Assembly: GCA_002633005.1 (NCBI GenBank)
Contig: NMRA01000086.1
Location: 248,001 to 312,000, forward strand
DNA from: Phoronis australis
Lineage: Eukaryota; Animalia; Phoronida
Length of the DNA: 64,000 bases
Direction: 5' to 3'
Shown: positions 63,301 through 64,000 of the stretch, piece after piece
Numbering within the stretch: position 1 is the stretch's first letter
Layout of the letters: every line of letters begins with the position of its first letter
Program-made: the position numbers and the translations under genes
The notes under the pieces: model-generated
The model's input: the letters and a program-made list of their open reading frames with translations, nothing else
What the model was told of the DNA's origin: nothing
Databases searched by the model: none

Positions 63301-63815
63301 AGGTGTTAGCTTGTACCAAATTTACCAAAAATTGGGCGAAAGACAGAAAAACTGCCCATTCCGAATTCTCTTGTGTCGGCAACTATTTTCATGATTGATC
63401 TCAGACTTAGTAGATACAAAACGCAGTTTCCGATGCTTTAAAAGTACAACGAACACCAAAATTGCCCATATTTCAATCTTCAGAATCTAGAAAATTCCAT
63501 TTCAGCTTGAATTACAGTATCCCAAATTTTAGAGACTGTGCCAAACTGGAGAATGTTTTACGTGGAATGAAGAATGAAGCTGTTCCTCTCTAATTATAAG
63601 ATTTTGTAGTGAGTGCCTCATGACCTATTGACACATTCTGATCTTTGAATGTCATCCTCAATATTGACTTTTAAATTAGTGTTTGTGTTTTTTACCAGCT
63701 GTGTGGTGCGTATCCAGACTCCATGACCAAGTGTGCGCAGCTGTTGACTGAAAAGACCAACATTGACTTCATCGACATCAATGTTGGATGTCCCATTGAC
63801 TTGATTTTTAAACGG
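57323..63815 (+). CDS. DUS3L: tRNA-dihydrouridine(47) synthase DUS3-like (partial; continues beyond window)
   Basis: Exons 57323-57528, 58135-58268, 59907-60685, 61659-61700, 62739-62891 and 63699-63815 have consistent phases. Motifs: GRNKKRP, two CCCH zinc fingers, [65 protein letters not shown] and the catalytic DINVGCPID. Confidence 0.96.
58332..59733 (+). mobile_element. Degenerate Helentron/HINE-like repeat with internal tandem units
   Basis: Starts tttagctcc and has recurring ~140-160-bp units (gaaatttg, ga(g)tactg, ccc(c)tagtgg). Two terminal-like motifs gcggtgc...gcatttcaac.ct.c.c.ttgctcttgta occur at ~59320-59364 and ~59687-59733, with an exact ~47-bp internal duplication (59127 and 59364). 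The family assignment is inferred from architecture. Confidence 0.45.
62052..62172. repeat. ~36-bp imperfect tandem repeat x3
   Basis: atgtgtcatgaaaaca..cctagtttca.atggg repeated. Confidence 0.75.
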
Positions 63816-64000
63816 GTAAACTCAAGAGATTGTAGATAAAGCTGACTTGTATCTTCCTAGTCTCTTTTTGAAGCTAAGCACTATGAGTAAATCCTGTTCC
63901 TTTAAGGAAGCAAAATGTATTAGTAGGTTTTTTGTGTGACACGTTCCATCTCTTCAGCATCTGTGAGTTTATAAAGAACTGACAGTTCCTTATTCCGGTC

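Overview
AT-rich eukaryotic (invertebrate metazoan-like) genomic DNA with spliced genes. Most ORF-track entries are spurious or are single exons running into introns. Four protein-coding genes were reconstructed by hand with phase-consistent GT-AG introns: a DNAJB6-like co-chaperone (minus strand, 3' part not found in the window), a complete NUF2 (minus, 11 coding exons, about 453 aa), a complete ELOVL4-like fatty-acid elongase (minus, 6 exons, about 283 aa) and DUS3L (plus, running off the window end). Introns and spacers are rich in DNA-transposon material. The standout is a 1.9-kb TTAA-flanked Kolobok-type element in the elongase intron. It carries a THAP-transposase remnant and a convergent Cys-rich KolX/P2X7-ballast-like ORF, fused by an internal deletion, and two more relics of the family lie in other introns. 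Also present are a 938-bp foldback element with a 9-bp TSD, a hAT-like MITE with a 6-bp TSD, tRNA-like modules, a Helentron/HINE-like repeat and minisatellites, two of which sit directly on splice signals. I found no convincing evidence of a wholly new system. All family assignments come from motif recognition, not from database searches.
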